From positions 1 to 64,000 of the forward strand of contig JACVGT010000021.1 of assembly GCA_018992685.1 (NCBI GenBank): 64,000 nt of DNA, read 5' to 3'. The notes under the pieces were generated by a model. It ran no database searches. It saw only the letters and a list, made by a program, of their open reading frames with translations, and was not told where the DNA came from. This DNA is from Theionarchaea archaeon (GTDB lineage Archaea; Methanobacteriota_B; Thermococci; Methanofastidiosales; SZ-28-30). The position numbers were made by a program, and so were the translations under genes. The number at the start of each line of letters is the position of its first letter. Within the stretch, counting starts at the first letter, position 1. This document shows, one piece after another, positions 41,505-50,452 of this stretch.

Positions 41505-42670
41505 TAGATTTCTATGAGCTGAGCTTCTTGATTCCATTGATACTTCTACACGCGAGAGAAAACTCGATAAGGGGAGGTTTGGGTCGTTTCCAGATTGCAA
41601 AGATCTCGGCGTGGCTTCTTGTGAATTCAGGAATTTGTTCACTTCAAGAAAGAGTTTTCATATATAAGTTCGGCCCATATATCTCCGGATTTGAGAATGC
41701 ACTAGCTGATTTGATAAGACGCAACATAATTGAAATCATAATTGATAGTGAGGGGCAAACAAGATTCTGTATCACGGAGGATGGAAAAAGATGGATAATG
41801 TCTCGTCTCAGGGATCAAGATTCTAGTGGGAGTGAGGTCAAAGCAGCAGAAATCGATCGAATACTATTCACTCCGCTTTCTGACCTGATAGTGGATCTTG
41901 TAGAAAAGTCTCCTTTCTTCAAACCAATTAAATATGTTATTGGGGATAAAGAACTGATTAGGATATTCGATTGGACTAATTTCGGAGATGGCAGAATTCA
42001 TTCATATCATTATACACTCTTGCGCTCATTTTACCGATTGGAGGATTACTTCGACAGAGAGCGTTATGAAGCCGAAACGAAAATGACTGAGAATGATACA
42101 GACTATCAATTGAGGATAATAGACAATTCCGCCATACCAAATACTATGCACTTGGAAGATCTCATCCAAAATTGCAAAGAAAAACATACAATACGCTACA
42201 TTTTCAACAAGGAGAATCCTAGGAGTGTTGCAGAAGACAAGTTTGAGGGGAAGAATTACATTGGACATCTCTGGTATGTGTATAGTGCTATTGACATCAT
42301 TCACACACTGGCCGGATTAGCTCCGACTATAGATGAGATTGCTAGAGTTTGTCTTACAAATTATGAATATTCCATAAAAAAAAGACATGATTATTCCAAG
42401 AGAAGGAAAATGAGAGAAGGGGCTATCCGCTCTGACATGCAGAAATTGGTTAAATATGGTATCCTGAATAGAGGGAAAGTAAATAGGATGTTCATCTACA
42501 GTATTAGAGCAAGAAGAATAGTTGACAGCTATACCTCACAGACCTACTCACTGTTGAATCCTGAGAAGATACGAAATCTATATGAAGAAGTAATTAGACC
42601 TTCCCCCGCAAATGCCGAAATAATCAAGCAGATAATTGCGGAAGGAACGGAAGCGGCAATGGAGGTTTGA
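41501..42670 (+). CDS. YwgA/Panacea(DUF4065)-like wHTH protein with second C-terminal wHTH, island gene B
   Basis: QIAKI..LL...YKFGPY...ENALADL..RNII...FCITEDG; C-terminal PTIDEIA...DMQKLVKYGIL...YSI. Confidence 0.65.
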   Translation: MIDFYELSFLIPLILLHARENSIRGGLGRFQIAKISAWLLVNSGICSLQERVFIYKFGPYISGFENALADLIRRNIIEIIIDSEGQTRFCITEDGKRWIMSRLRDQDSSGSEVKAAEIDRILFTPLSDLIVDLVEKSPFFKPIKYVIGDKELIRIFDWTNFGDGRIHSYHYTLLRSFYRLEDYFDRERYEAETKMTENDTDYQLRIIDNSAIPNTMHLEDLIQNCKEKHTIRYIFNKENPRSVAEDKFEGKNYIGHLWYVYSAIDIIHTLAGLAPTIDEIARVCLTNYEYSIKKRHDYSKRRKMREGAIRSDMQKLVKYGILNRGKVNRMFIYSIRARRIVDSYTSQTYSLLNPEKIRNLYEEVIRPSPANAEIIKQIIAEGTEAAMEV

Positions 42671-42674
42671 TTAG

Positions 42675-44393
42675 ATGAATGAAGAACTTGACGAGTTGTT
42701 GAAATGCTTCTCTCGAAAACGTGTGATAAATTATTATCGAAGAGAGAGGGAAGCACAAGAATCAACCGACGGAGAATCACTGGAGGATATTCAACAAACG
42801 GCAGAAGAAGTGGACATGAAACTCCTCGATGATTTCTTACATTTCATGCAAACTAGAAATATTAACAAACTTGATGATAGTCTCTCAAAAAGAATTGAAG
42901 AATTCAGAAATTTTCTCACAAGAATCGAAGAAGAAATAAAAATAGAAGTCTCTTCAGCTACTCCTGAACAGAACGAGTACTACCAAGAGCTTATTCGAAT
43001 GCTTGAGAAACAGAGGCATTCAGTGGAACTCGTGAAGCAGACTTTTGGATCCTTGGAACCATTTGAATTATCAGGAGCCCTTCTAGACTACTTCGAAATG
43101 CTCAAGGAATTTCAAGAAGCAAGCTTTAAATATCAGCAAAACTACAGAGATCATTTGATTCATTCTCTGCGGGTTTTCCTCTTGATTATCTCGATTCTCA
43201 ATGCAATGGGTGATATTTGGATTTGTATTCTGAGAAGATTCCTTTGTAAGAATCTGCGAAATCTGGGCATAAGGATTAGTAAGAAGCAGTTTGCTGAAGT
43301 TCTCAATCCGGAAGAACTCTGGGATTGTTCAATACAAGGAGTTTCAATAATGTCTTTTTTCCATGATATCGGGATGGTCTATTCCAGATATAGGGAAATG
43401 GTGGATGGCTTGGAAGAAAGGATTTTTGCGGATAGATCTCGCACCGGCATGGAGGGAGACAGATCGATATTTACCTATAAGCCAATTCTTCGCTTGAAAC
43501 ATGAAGCTGTAGGGGAAATAAAAGGAAGAATATCCATTTTCAGTGAAGCACTGGGAAAAATGCATCCAGAATACGAAGAACTTACTACAATCTTAAATCA
43601 CGTGTTCGGGAGCATTGAGAATTCCGAGAAAGAAACTGAAGAAGCGGAAAGTGAGTCTCCTGCGTCCAATGACAAGAAACTCCACGGAGTTTATGCTTTG
43701 CTGAATATTTATACCTATCAAGTCATAGAGAGGCGTTTTCTAGATAGTATTAGAGATCTCGAAAGAGAATCTAAGGAAGTAGAGAGATATAGAAGCTCTG
43801 CTTTCAGAGCATATAGGTCAAATCTAGAATCTGGGGCTAAGATTCCTCCGGATACCCTGCTTGACAACGAATCAAGGGGAAACATAAATAAACAGAAGGA
43901 AATCCTTCGGACGCTAATTCTTTGCGAGGTGTTCAATTGTATTCTGATCCATGATATGGATGGATTTCCATACATGTCTCCGCTTAGTGAGCTATTGATT
44001 TTTGCTGACAACGCTCAAGAATGGAATCGGATTGCATTCGAAGGAGGGTGCAAAAAGCAATATGAAAAAGATCAGATAGAAATCTGCATCAACAAGTGTG
44101 AAAAGGCATGTTTGTTAATTCTAGACTTCTATGAAAAGAAGATGTTTGAAGGATCAGAATCTCTGAATACGCTAATGGATATGTGTACGAAAAGATACAG
44201 TTGTGAGATTGAAGCAGGCGTGTTTGGTATCTTCTATCGCATAAAGGCTAGTGATTACGAAACAAGACGTCCTTCCCAGGCAGTCTTTGTTTGTCCACAT
44301 CTGGAGGTGGGCAAAGGAAGAATTCCACTAGAGGACACAGGAGACATCAGCCTAGACATGTTTTGTCAATATTGTCAATACACTGATAGGTGA
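42675..44393 (+). CDS. HD-domain metal-dependent phosphohydrolase, island gene C
   Basis: RDHLIHSLRV, FHDIG, LHG, IHD, LIFADNAQEWNR. Confidence 0.85.
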   Translation: MNEELDELLKCFSRKRVINYYRREREAQESTDGESLEDIQQTAEEVDMKLLDDFLHFMQTRNINKLDDSLSKRIEEFRNFLTRIEEEIKIEVSSATPEQNEYYQELIRMLEKQRHSVELVKQTFGSLEPFELSGALLDYFEMLKEFQEASFKYQQNYRDHLIHSLRVFLLIISILNAMGDIWICILRRFLCKNLRNLGIRISKKQFAEVLNPEELWDCSIQGVSIMSFFHDIGMVYSRYREMVDGLEERIFADRSRTGMEGDRSIFTYKPILRLKHEAVGEIKGRISIFSEALGKMHPEYEELTTILNHVFGSIENSEKETEEAESESPASNDKKLHGVYALLNIYTYQVIERRFLDSIRDLERESKEVERYRSSAFRAYRSNLESGAKIPPDTLLDNESRGNINKQKEILRTLILCEVFNCILIHDMDGFPYMSPLSELLIFADNAQEWNRIAFEGGCKKQYEKDQIEICINKCEKACLLILDFYEKKMFEGSESLNTLMDMCTKRYSCEIEAGVFGIFYRIKASDYETRRPSQAVFVCPHLEVGKGRIPLEDTGDISLDMFCQYCQYTDR

Positions 44394-44397
44394 TTCT

Positions 44398-45606
44398 GTG
44401 ACAATGGAATTGAGAAGACCAAGTAAGATCCAGGAAAAAATCAATGAGGTCGAAAATGACTTGGCGTGTCTATTCTCTGAGATTGCAGAAAAAGAGAATC
44501 TCGACTTCGCGGAAATCGCCCTAATACCTTTGCCGAGAAGGGGGGCCGGTTTGCTGCCCGATATAAAGAGAATCGATGGCGAAAGAAGTAGCCTCATTAG
44601 CATCCTTGAAGAGTTCGGGTATCTTGAGGAATACCCTTTGTTCCCTCTATTTGAAAGGATTTCGGACTTCAGAATGATACTCATTTTTGATGACCTTTGT
44701 AGAAGAGGAACTCATTTTGCCGAATATGGAGAATATCTGCAGGAGCTTGATAAGATATTCGGGTTTATGAACGAGAAACGTATAGTCCTGGCGACTTATC
44801 TATTACACAAGAATAGATGGAATAGAGAAAAAAATCTCAAACAGGGAATTTACGCAAAAAAAATTCTCGATAAGGAGCCTTTTGATCGAGAAGTGTCAAA
44901 TATATTTTTGACAATAGCATGCAGAGGGGAAATCATCGATGCAGATCATGAACTTATTGAAGCTGAATTTTCAGAAAAGCAGGAGTTCTTTACACTGTGG
45001 AAGGAACTCGAAAAGATTGCAAAGGAGAATCACTGCGAACTTGTAGAAGACGGTATCGATTTTCTTCATCCAAAAAGAAAGAAACTGAGTTTTTTTGTTA
45101 GTGGTGATGAGGCATCGCTGGAGAAAAAAGAGGTTTTGGAAGAACATATGGATCTCAGATTTCCCAAGTTTATTGAAGGAATCAAAATTGCCAAATTTAG
45201 AATGGTTTTCGAGCTTGAATTGTCCGAAGATTGCAAAGGAGTCTTTACCACAAGACTTGAAGCAGTTCCAATTCTTAATCCGATTATTGACAACACTAAG
45301 TTCTCTCCCGAGCTTTGCCGTAAATATTGGAAACCCTACTGCGGGTTCTGTAAAGAAGGCGTAATCTCCGAGGAAGAGTGTAAGAAAAAACAGAAGCCAA
45401 GAATAGATTTCCTGAGGAAGTACTACCATAACCCTGGGTACGACTGCATGATTTGTAATCTTGTGGAGCCTTTTTCGAATCATTTCTGCAAAGAAATCGG
45501 AGACTTGTTTAAAGAGAGTGTTCTCAGGGGCGGGATAACCTTCAAGAGTAGATGGCTTCACCGTGACAGATTATTCGAATTCTGGAGAAAGCTGAAAGCT
45601 CCATAG
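44398..45606 (+). CDS. Phosphoribosyltransferase-like protein with Cys-rich C-terminus, island gene D
   Basis: LIPLPRRG loop and ILIFDDLCRRGT PRPP-binding-like motif; CGFC and DCMIC. Confidence 0.7.
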   Translation: MTMELRRPSKIQEKINEVENDLACLFSEIAEKENLDFAEIALIPLPRRGAGLLPDIKRIDGERSSLISILEEFGYLEEYPLFPLFERISDFRMILIFDDLCRRGTHFAEYGEYLQELDKIFGFMNEKRIVLATYLLHKNRWNREKNLKQGIYAKKILDKEPFDREVSNIFLTIACRGEIIDADHELIEAEFSEKQEFFTLWKELEKIAKENHCELVEDGIDFLHPKRKKLSFFVSGDEASLEKKEVLEEHMDLRFPKFIEGIKIAKFRMVFELELSEDCKGVFTTRLEAVPILNPIIDNTKFSPELCRKYWKPYCGFCKEGVISEEECKKKQKPRIDFLRKYYHNPGYDCMICNLVEPFSNHFCKEIGDLFKESVLRGGITFKSRWLHRDRLFEFWRKLKAP

Positions 45607-45691
45607 CTTCGTGGATGGAAATGTAGAAACTCATTTCTTTTGGGCGTTGTTGAAGTTCTGTCGGTTTTGAGACAAGTAGAATTCCATAGTG

Positions 45692-46141
45692 CTAGCTTGA
45701 ATTGTCTAGACTATCAAAGAGTCTCACATTTTCTTGAGTATCCCCAGCTCTATAATTCAAATACACTTTCCCAAGGAATTTAGAAGCTTCACTTCTATTG
45801 TGAAATTCCCGGAAGAATTTCCCTTTCTTCTCGACCCATTTGGGCTTGACAAATCCGAAATCCAGCGAAATATCCAAAGCACGACCTATTCTTATTTCAT
45901 CTAATGTAAACCCATCAAAGTATTTGTCAAAATGCCTTTTGAATTTCTCGAATCTTCCTCTCAGACGATTGGTTACCATTAGGAAAGAGAACGTCTCGAA
46001 TTGAAGTGTTTCCAAGACTAAATAGAAAGATCTGCCTAATATGGATAGCCCGATTTCCTGATATGGTTTAAGGCTCTTCTCCACAACGATACATGGGAGT
46101 ACCTCCTCACTCCTTTGATCTATACGCTTCACTTTGACCAC
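45692..46141 (-). pseudogene. Hypothetical ORF, possibly the 3' part of a decayed gene
   Basis: 149 open codons starting right after a TAG; interrupted protein-like frames upstream to ~46340. Confidence 0.35.
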
Positions 46142-47298
46142 CTAGCAATCATTTTTCCATACTCTTACGTTCTTTCTGTTTTTGTTTGAGTATGACACGT
46201 CAGTATTTCTGAAGCAATCAAGCTCCTGATCTGACTTCAGAGTTGAATGCAATATCATAGCGCAAATCTGACCTCTTTGAGAAGTCTGAAAGTCTCTATG
46301 ACCTGCCTATCATGAAACCTCAAATCCACTTTCTGAAATGTTTCGACGTGGCTATCGTTTCTCTTTTCTATCCATATAAAACTTTCGGTGAAAGCATCTC
46401 ATTCTGAATTTTTTACACAAATGCTTAATTTGTAAAAAAGTGAGAATTCTCTTGATATCCACGATATGAATAAATTTCAACGCATTTCTTTGCAGTGCAT
46501 GCAGTCGGAGAGGCTTACAGTATACTATACTGAAAAGAGAATTAGACAAGTGTTAGAAGCGCAGAATTCAACAGGTCACAGTATATACAGAATCCTCTGG
46601 AGAACCAGGTGATCTCTGCAGCTCTTAATCTGTTGAGTATGTAATCGGCAAAATCAAGACAATTTCCATGCTCTCTTGCACAAACAACCAGAGCAACTGC
46701 TTTCATGAGCGTTCTGTTAAAGGATATTAGAACACATTTCTATGAAGGCGGTGGATGTGCAAGACGTCCTTGCATAGATCTGCTGCACCTGGACAGCTAG
46801 TTGTTGATTTCGTGAAAGGGTTCCATATTTCTTCAAGTGTGAAGTCAGTATTAATTTCGTAATGAAAGGGAAATATGTCATGAAATTGTGAATGGTCAGA
46901 AATGCCCATGATTCAGACATGGAAAAAGAAGAATCCGAGATATCAAATAAAGAAGTAGTTGAGATCATCAGATTACAAGTCTTTGACCCATCTACCAATG
47001 AAATAAAGAAGCTTTTCAAGGAGAAATATAACCTCTCTTAGAATACGGGGAACCTGTTTAGGAAAGGCGTTCTAGACAAAGCACTAAGACTGGCCAAACA
47101 TCATGCTGGCCACATAGCCAAGAAGAAAAACAAGGATGGGTATATAAAGTTATTTAATAAGAAATATGAAAGTATCACATTTTACAACATTTTTTAGCCT
47201 TTAAAGCCTTCTATAAGCGATCAGAGCTTTCTAGGAAAACTCCATGGCATTAAAATACATAAAAAAAAGGGAAAAAGGCTCAAAAACCTAAATCTGAG

Positions 47299-47372
47299 AG
47301 CCCCGGGAGGGATTTGAACCCTCGACCAACTGATTACAAGTCAGTCGCTCTACCGAGCTGAGCCACCGAGGC
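47299..47372 (-). tRNA. tRNA-Thr(TGT)
   Basis: GCCTCGG acceptor, ACTGA-CTTGTAA-TCAGT anticodon arm, GTTCAAATC T loop. Confidence 0.97.
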
Positions 47373-47434
47373 CTACAGCTTTCTCTTTACCCAGATTTAT
47401 AAACCTTTCTTTTTCGTTTCAGTGTCTCATCCCA

Positions 47435-48724
47435 TCAGAATTTCAGCACTTCCTGGTACCCCGTCAGGTCAAGCAGCCCATGGCCTGAAATATTGAACGC
47501 AATAACCTTTTCTTCATTCTTCTTCTTGCATTCCAGAGCCTCATCAATTGCACAACATATACTGTATGCCGACTCAGGCGCTGGCAGGAAGCCTTCCTTC
47601 TGGACGAATAATTGGGCCCTTTCAAAGACCATTTTTTCATCAGGTGGATACGCAATTGTATCGAGTAATCCTTCATGTCGCAGCAGACTCAGTATGGGAG
47701 AACATCCGTGATAGCGCAGCCCATCTCCTCGTATGGGCACCATCTTTGCCTGGTGACCAAGGGTGTACATTTTCAGCATGGGAGTCATTTCAGCATGGTC
47801 TGCAAAGTCGTACCGATACTCACCCTGCAGATTGGGAGCAGCCTGACTCTGAGCAGCTATAAACCTGATCTGCTTCTTCTTTGTCAATAAATCCTGGTAA
47901 AACGGGATGGCAAATCCACCAAAATTAGACCCACCTCCCAGACATGAAATCACAACATCCGGATAGTCATCGACTTTCTCAAACTGCTTCTTGGTTTCCA
48001 ATCCAATGATAGTCTGGTGCATCAACACGTGGTTCAACACAGATCCCAGAGAATATGCCACCGTATCACTTGAGGCCGCATCTTCCAGTCCTTCAGAGAT
48101 GGCAATCCCCAACGAACCCACATGTTCCGGGTCTTCCTTCAACAATTCTCTTCCAACTTTGGTCTTGTCACTGGGAGAAGCGAACACTTCAGCTCCCAAC
48201 ATCTTCATGAAACTCCGTCTCTCAGGTTTCCAGTTGTAGACTGCCCTCACCCAGTAGATCGTACATTCCAATCCAGCCAGACGAGACGCATACGCCAGAG
48301 CAGTTCCCCACTGTCCTGCTCCCGTCTCAGTCGTCAACCGTTCCAGTCCCTGTTTCTTGGCATAATATGCCTGTACCAGAGCAGTATTTACCTTGTGTGA
48401 TCCTGTAGGAGAGTAGAACTCCGCTTTGTAGTACATTCTGGCTGGAGTCTTCAAGTACTCTTCCAGCCGCCGGGCCCTGAACAACTGCCTGGGCCTGCCT
48501 GCCTGCTCATATAATTGCAGAACACCTTCAGGGATATCTATCCACCGTTCCTGGGACATCTCCTGCTTTAAACATTCACCTATCAATACTTTCTGCAGAA
48601 AATCCAGTCTGGATTCTCCTTCCTCGGGGTTCTTGGGAGGAGGTAGAGGTTGTGGTAAATCGGGAACAATATTGTACCATTTAGTGGGCAGTTCATCTGG
48701 AGAAAGAACAATTTCTGTATGCAT
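47435..48724 (-). CDS. trpB2: TrpB2 (stand-alone tryptophan synthase beta-like)
   Basis: GSHKVNTA, TETGAGQWG, GSVLNHV, GGGSNFGG, SGHG. Confidence 0.95.
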   Translation of the reverse strand: MHTEIVLSPDELPTKWYNIVPDLPQPLPPPKNPEEGESRLDFLQKVLIGECLKQEMSQERWIDIPEGVLQLYEQAGRPRQLFRARRLEEYLKTPARMYYKAEFYSPTGSHKVNTALVQAYYAKKQGLERLTTETGAGQWGTALAYASRLAGLECTIYWVRAVYNWKPERRSFMKMLGAEVFASPSDKTKVGRELLKEDPEHVGSLGIAISEGLEDAASSDTVAYSLGSVLNHVLMHQTIIGLETKKQFEKVDDYPDVVISCLGGGSNFGGFAIPFYQDLLTKKKQIRFIAAQSQAAPNLQGEYRYDFADHAEMTPMLKMYTLGHQAKMVPIRGDGLRYHGCSPILSLLRHEGLLDTIAYPPDEKMVFERAQLFVQKEGFLPAPESAYSICCAIDEALECKKKNEEKVIAFNISGHGLLDLTGYQEVLKF

Positions 48725-48818
48725 GCTGTCACTTCCGAGAGGAGTTTAAAAGATTTACGTTTCCACCTGGTATGAATCGCATCACCACAGTCCCCGGCCA
48801 CGTACGAACTCTATACTT

Positions 48819-49658
48819 CTATTCAAATGCATTCACATCGAGTTCACAATAGGTAAAATTACCATCCTTTTCTCGTTTGATGATTCCTCTCTTCTCCATC
48901 CGTATCAGCAGTTTGGAAAGACTGGTCTTGGGGATGCTGCATGCTCGAGAAATCTTTATCTGCCGTGATCTCCCTCTCTCGTGCAAATACTCAACTACCT
49001 GTATCTCCCGTTCATTCAGGATAGAGAGAACTGCTTTGTTCAGGGGAGCTGCTTTGTATTTCTTTCTCTTGAGAAGGTTCCTGCTCATGTAGAGCACGAC
49101 TCCTGCTGCTCCCGCCAAACCTGGCACCACACCCCATGTCCAGGTTGCAGCAGGTTGGCCATCCAGCGACACTTCATAGTAAATATATACCTCATCAGAC
49201 AATTCGTCCCAGAAAAGGGTGATTTTCCTCTCCTCTTCAGAAATCTGCGGAAAGGGTGAGTCTGTCACCATGTAGGAGATTACAGCACCCTCCGGCATCA
49301 GCACTGTTACCCCTGCTTCATTGGGAGGCAAATACAGCCACCATTCAGCCCCCTCCTTATGGATTATATCCCAGCTATAATACTCGGGAAATACATATGC
49401 AGATTCTCCTTTCTGAAGAGATATATGCAGTGTAATCTGAGTTTCAGTTCCGAGCACAGTGAATTCGCTCTGGACTGTCCTATCAGAATAAACCTCCAGA
49501 TGGGTTATGGGAAAAGGTATGACATAGGAATAGGTGTCCATGTCCTCCTCAGCTGTAATGATCACCTCATGTGAGATTACGGCATACCCGGTCCCTGAAA
49601 CATCCACTGTGTACCCTGTGGTCTGCACCGCAAGGAGAAGAAGCAGGATGGTCCACAT
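48819..49658 (-). CDS. Membrane-anchored regulator: external domain, TM, C-terminal MarR-like wHTH
   Basis: Signal-like N-terminus; TM; LNERE..VVEYL...RQ..I....IPKTSLS.LL.RME.RGII. Confidence 0.8.
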   Translation of the reverse strand: MWTILLLLLAVQTTGYTVDVSGTGYAVISHEVIITAEEDMDTYSYVIPFPITHLEVYSDRTVQSEFTVLGTETQITLHISLQKGESAYVFPEYYSWDIIHKEGAEWWLYLPPNEAGVTVLMPEGAVISYMVTDSPFPQISEEERKITLFWDELSDEVYIYYEVSLDGQPAATWTWGVVPGLAGAAGVVLYMSRNLLKRKKYKAAPLNKAVLSILNEREIQVVEYLHERGRSRQIKISRACSIPKTSLSKLLIRMEKRGIIKREKDGNFTYCELDVNAFE

Positions 49659-49712
49659 ACAGGGGAATACTACTCCCCCTTTTTAACTGTTCCCACCTCG
49701 ACCCACACTGCG

Positions 49713-50336
49713 TCACCAGACTTTCGGCAGAAACATGCCCACCTCTTTCTGATATTTTCTGTATTTTTCCCCGAATTTCTGGATCAGTATCTTCTCTTCT
49801 GCTGTGGCAATGCCGTAGTACCCCGGGATGCCCACCAGCAACAGCAGGAGCGGCACACTGAGCAGTGCCAGTGGCAGTCCAATGAAAAACAGCCAGTAGG
49901 ACATGTAGAGTGGGTGTCTCATCACACCGTACGCTCCCCGGGTTGCGAGAGTGTAATCACTGGGCATGGGGCCAGAAGGTGCAATGACTCCTCTGGAAAC
50001 ACGTCCCCAGTCAGCCAGCACGACACCGCCCAGTATCACCAGGAGACCTGCCACCTGAATCACATCTTCGTGAGGATTCCTGAACAGGAGGAAGGTCAAC
50101 TCCTGGTAATACCATCCCCTGTATAACAGGAGGGGACTGATCAGAAACAGAGCCCAAAATACAAGGGAGGGGGGAAATGCCAGAGCTTTGGCCCATCCAG
50201 GAATGGGGAATTCACGGTCACGAGAAGACGAATTCCTTCTCGATCGAGCCATTCTCAAATCCATATATATATGAACTGAAAAAAACAACGCCACAAGCAA
50301 TGTCAGGACACCTGCCATCAAACTCTGATCAATCAT
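49713..50336 (-). CDS. Isoprenylcysteine carboxyl methyltransferase / PEMT family
   Basis: L.TRGAY..MRHPLY, EE..L...FG..Y..Y. Confidence 0.9.
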   Translation of the reverse strand: MIDQSLMAGVLTLLVALFFSVHIYMDLRMARSRRNSSSRDREFPIPGWAKALAFPPSLVFWALFLISPLLLYRGWYYQELTFLLFRNPHEDVIQVAGLLVILGGVVLADWGRVSRGVIAPSGPMPSDYTLATRGAYGVMRHPLYMSYWLFFIGLPLALLSVPLLLLLVGIPGYYGIATAEEKILIQKFGEKYRKYQKEVGMFLPKVW

Positions 50337-50452
50337 GTGAGCACATTCCCTGCACAGTAAAAAAGGTTATCCTACCCCTTACCTCCTCGATCCTTAAACA
50401 TCATCCCAAAAACTTTTATATTCTAAGATAATAGGATAGAAAGGTGTGTCAA

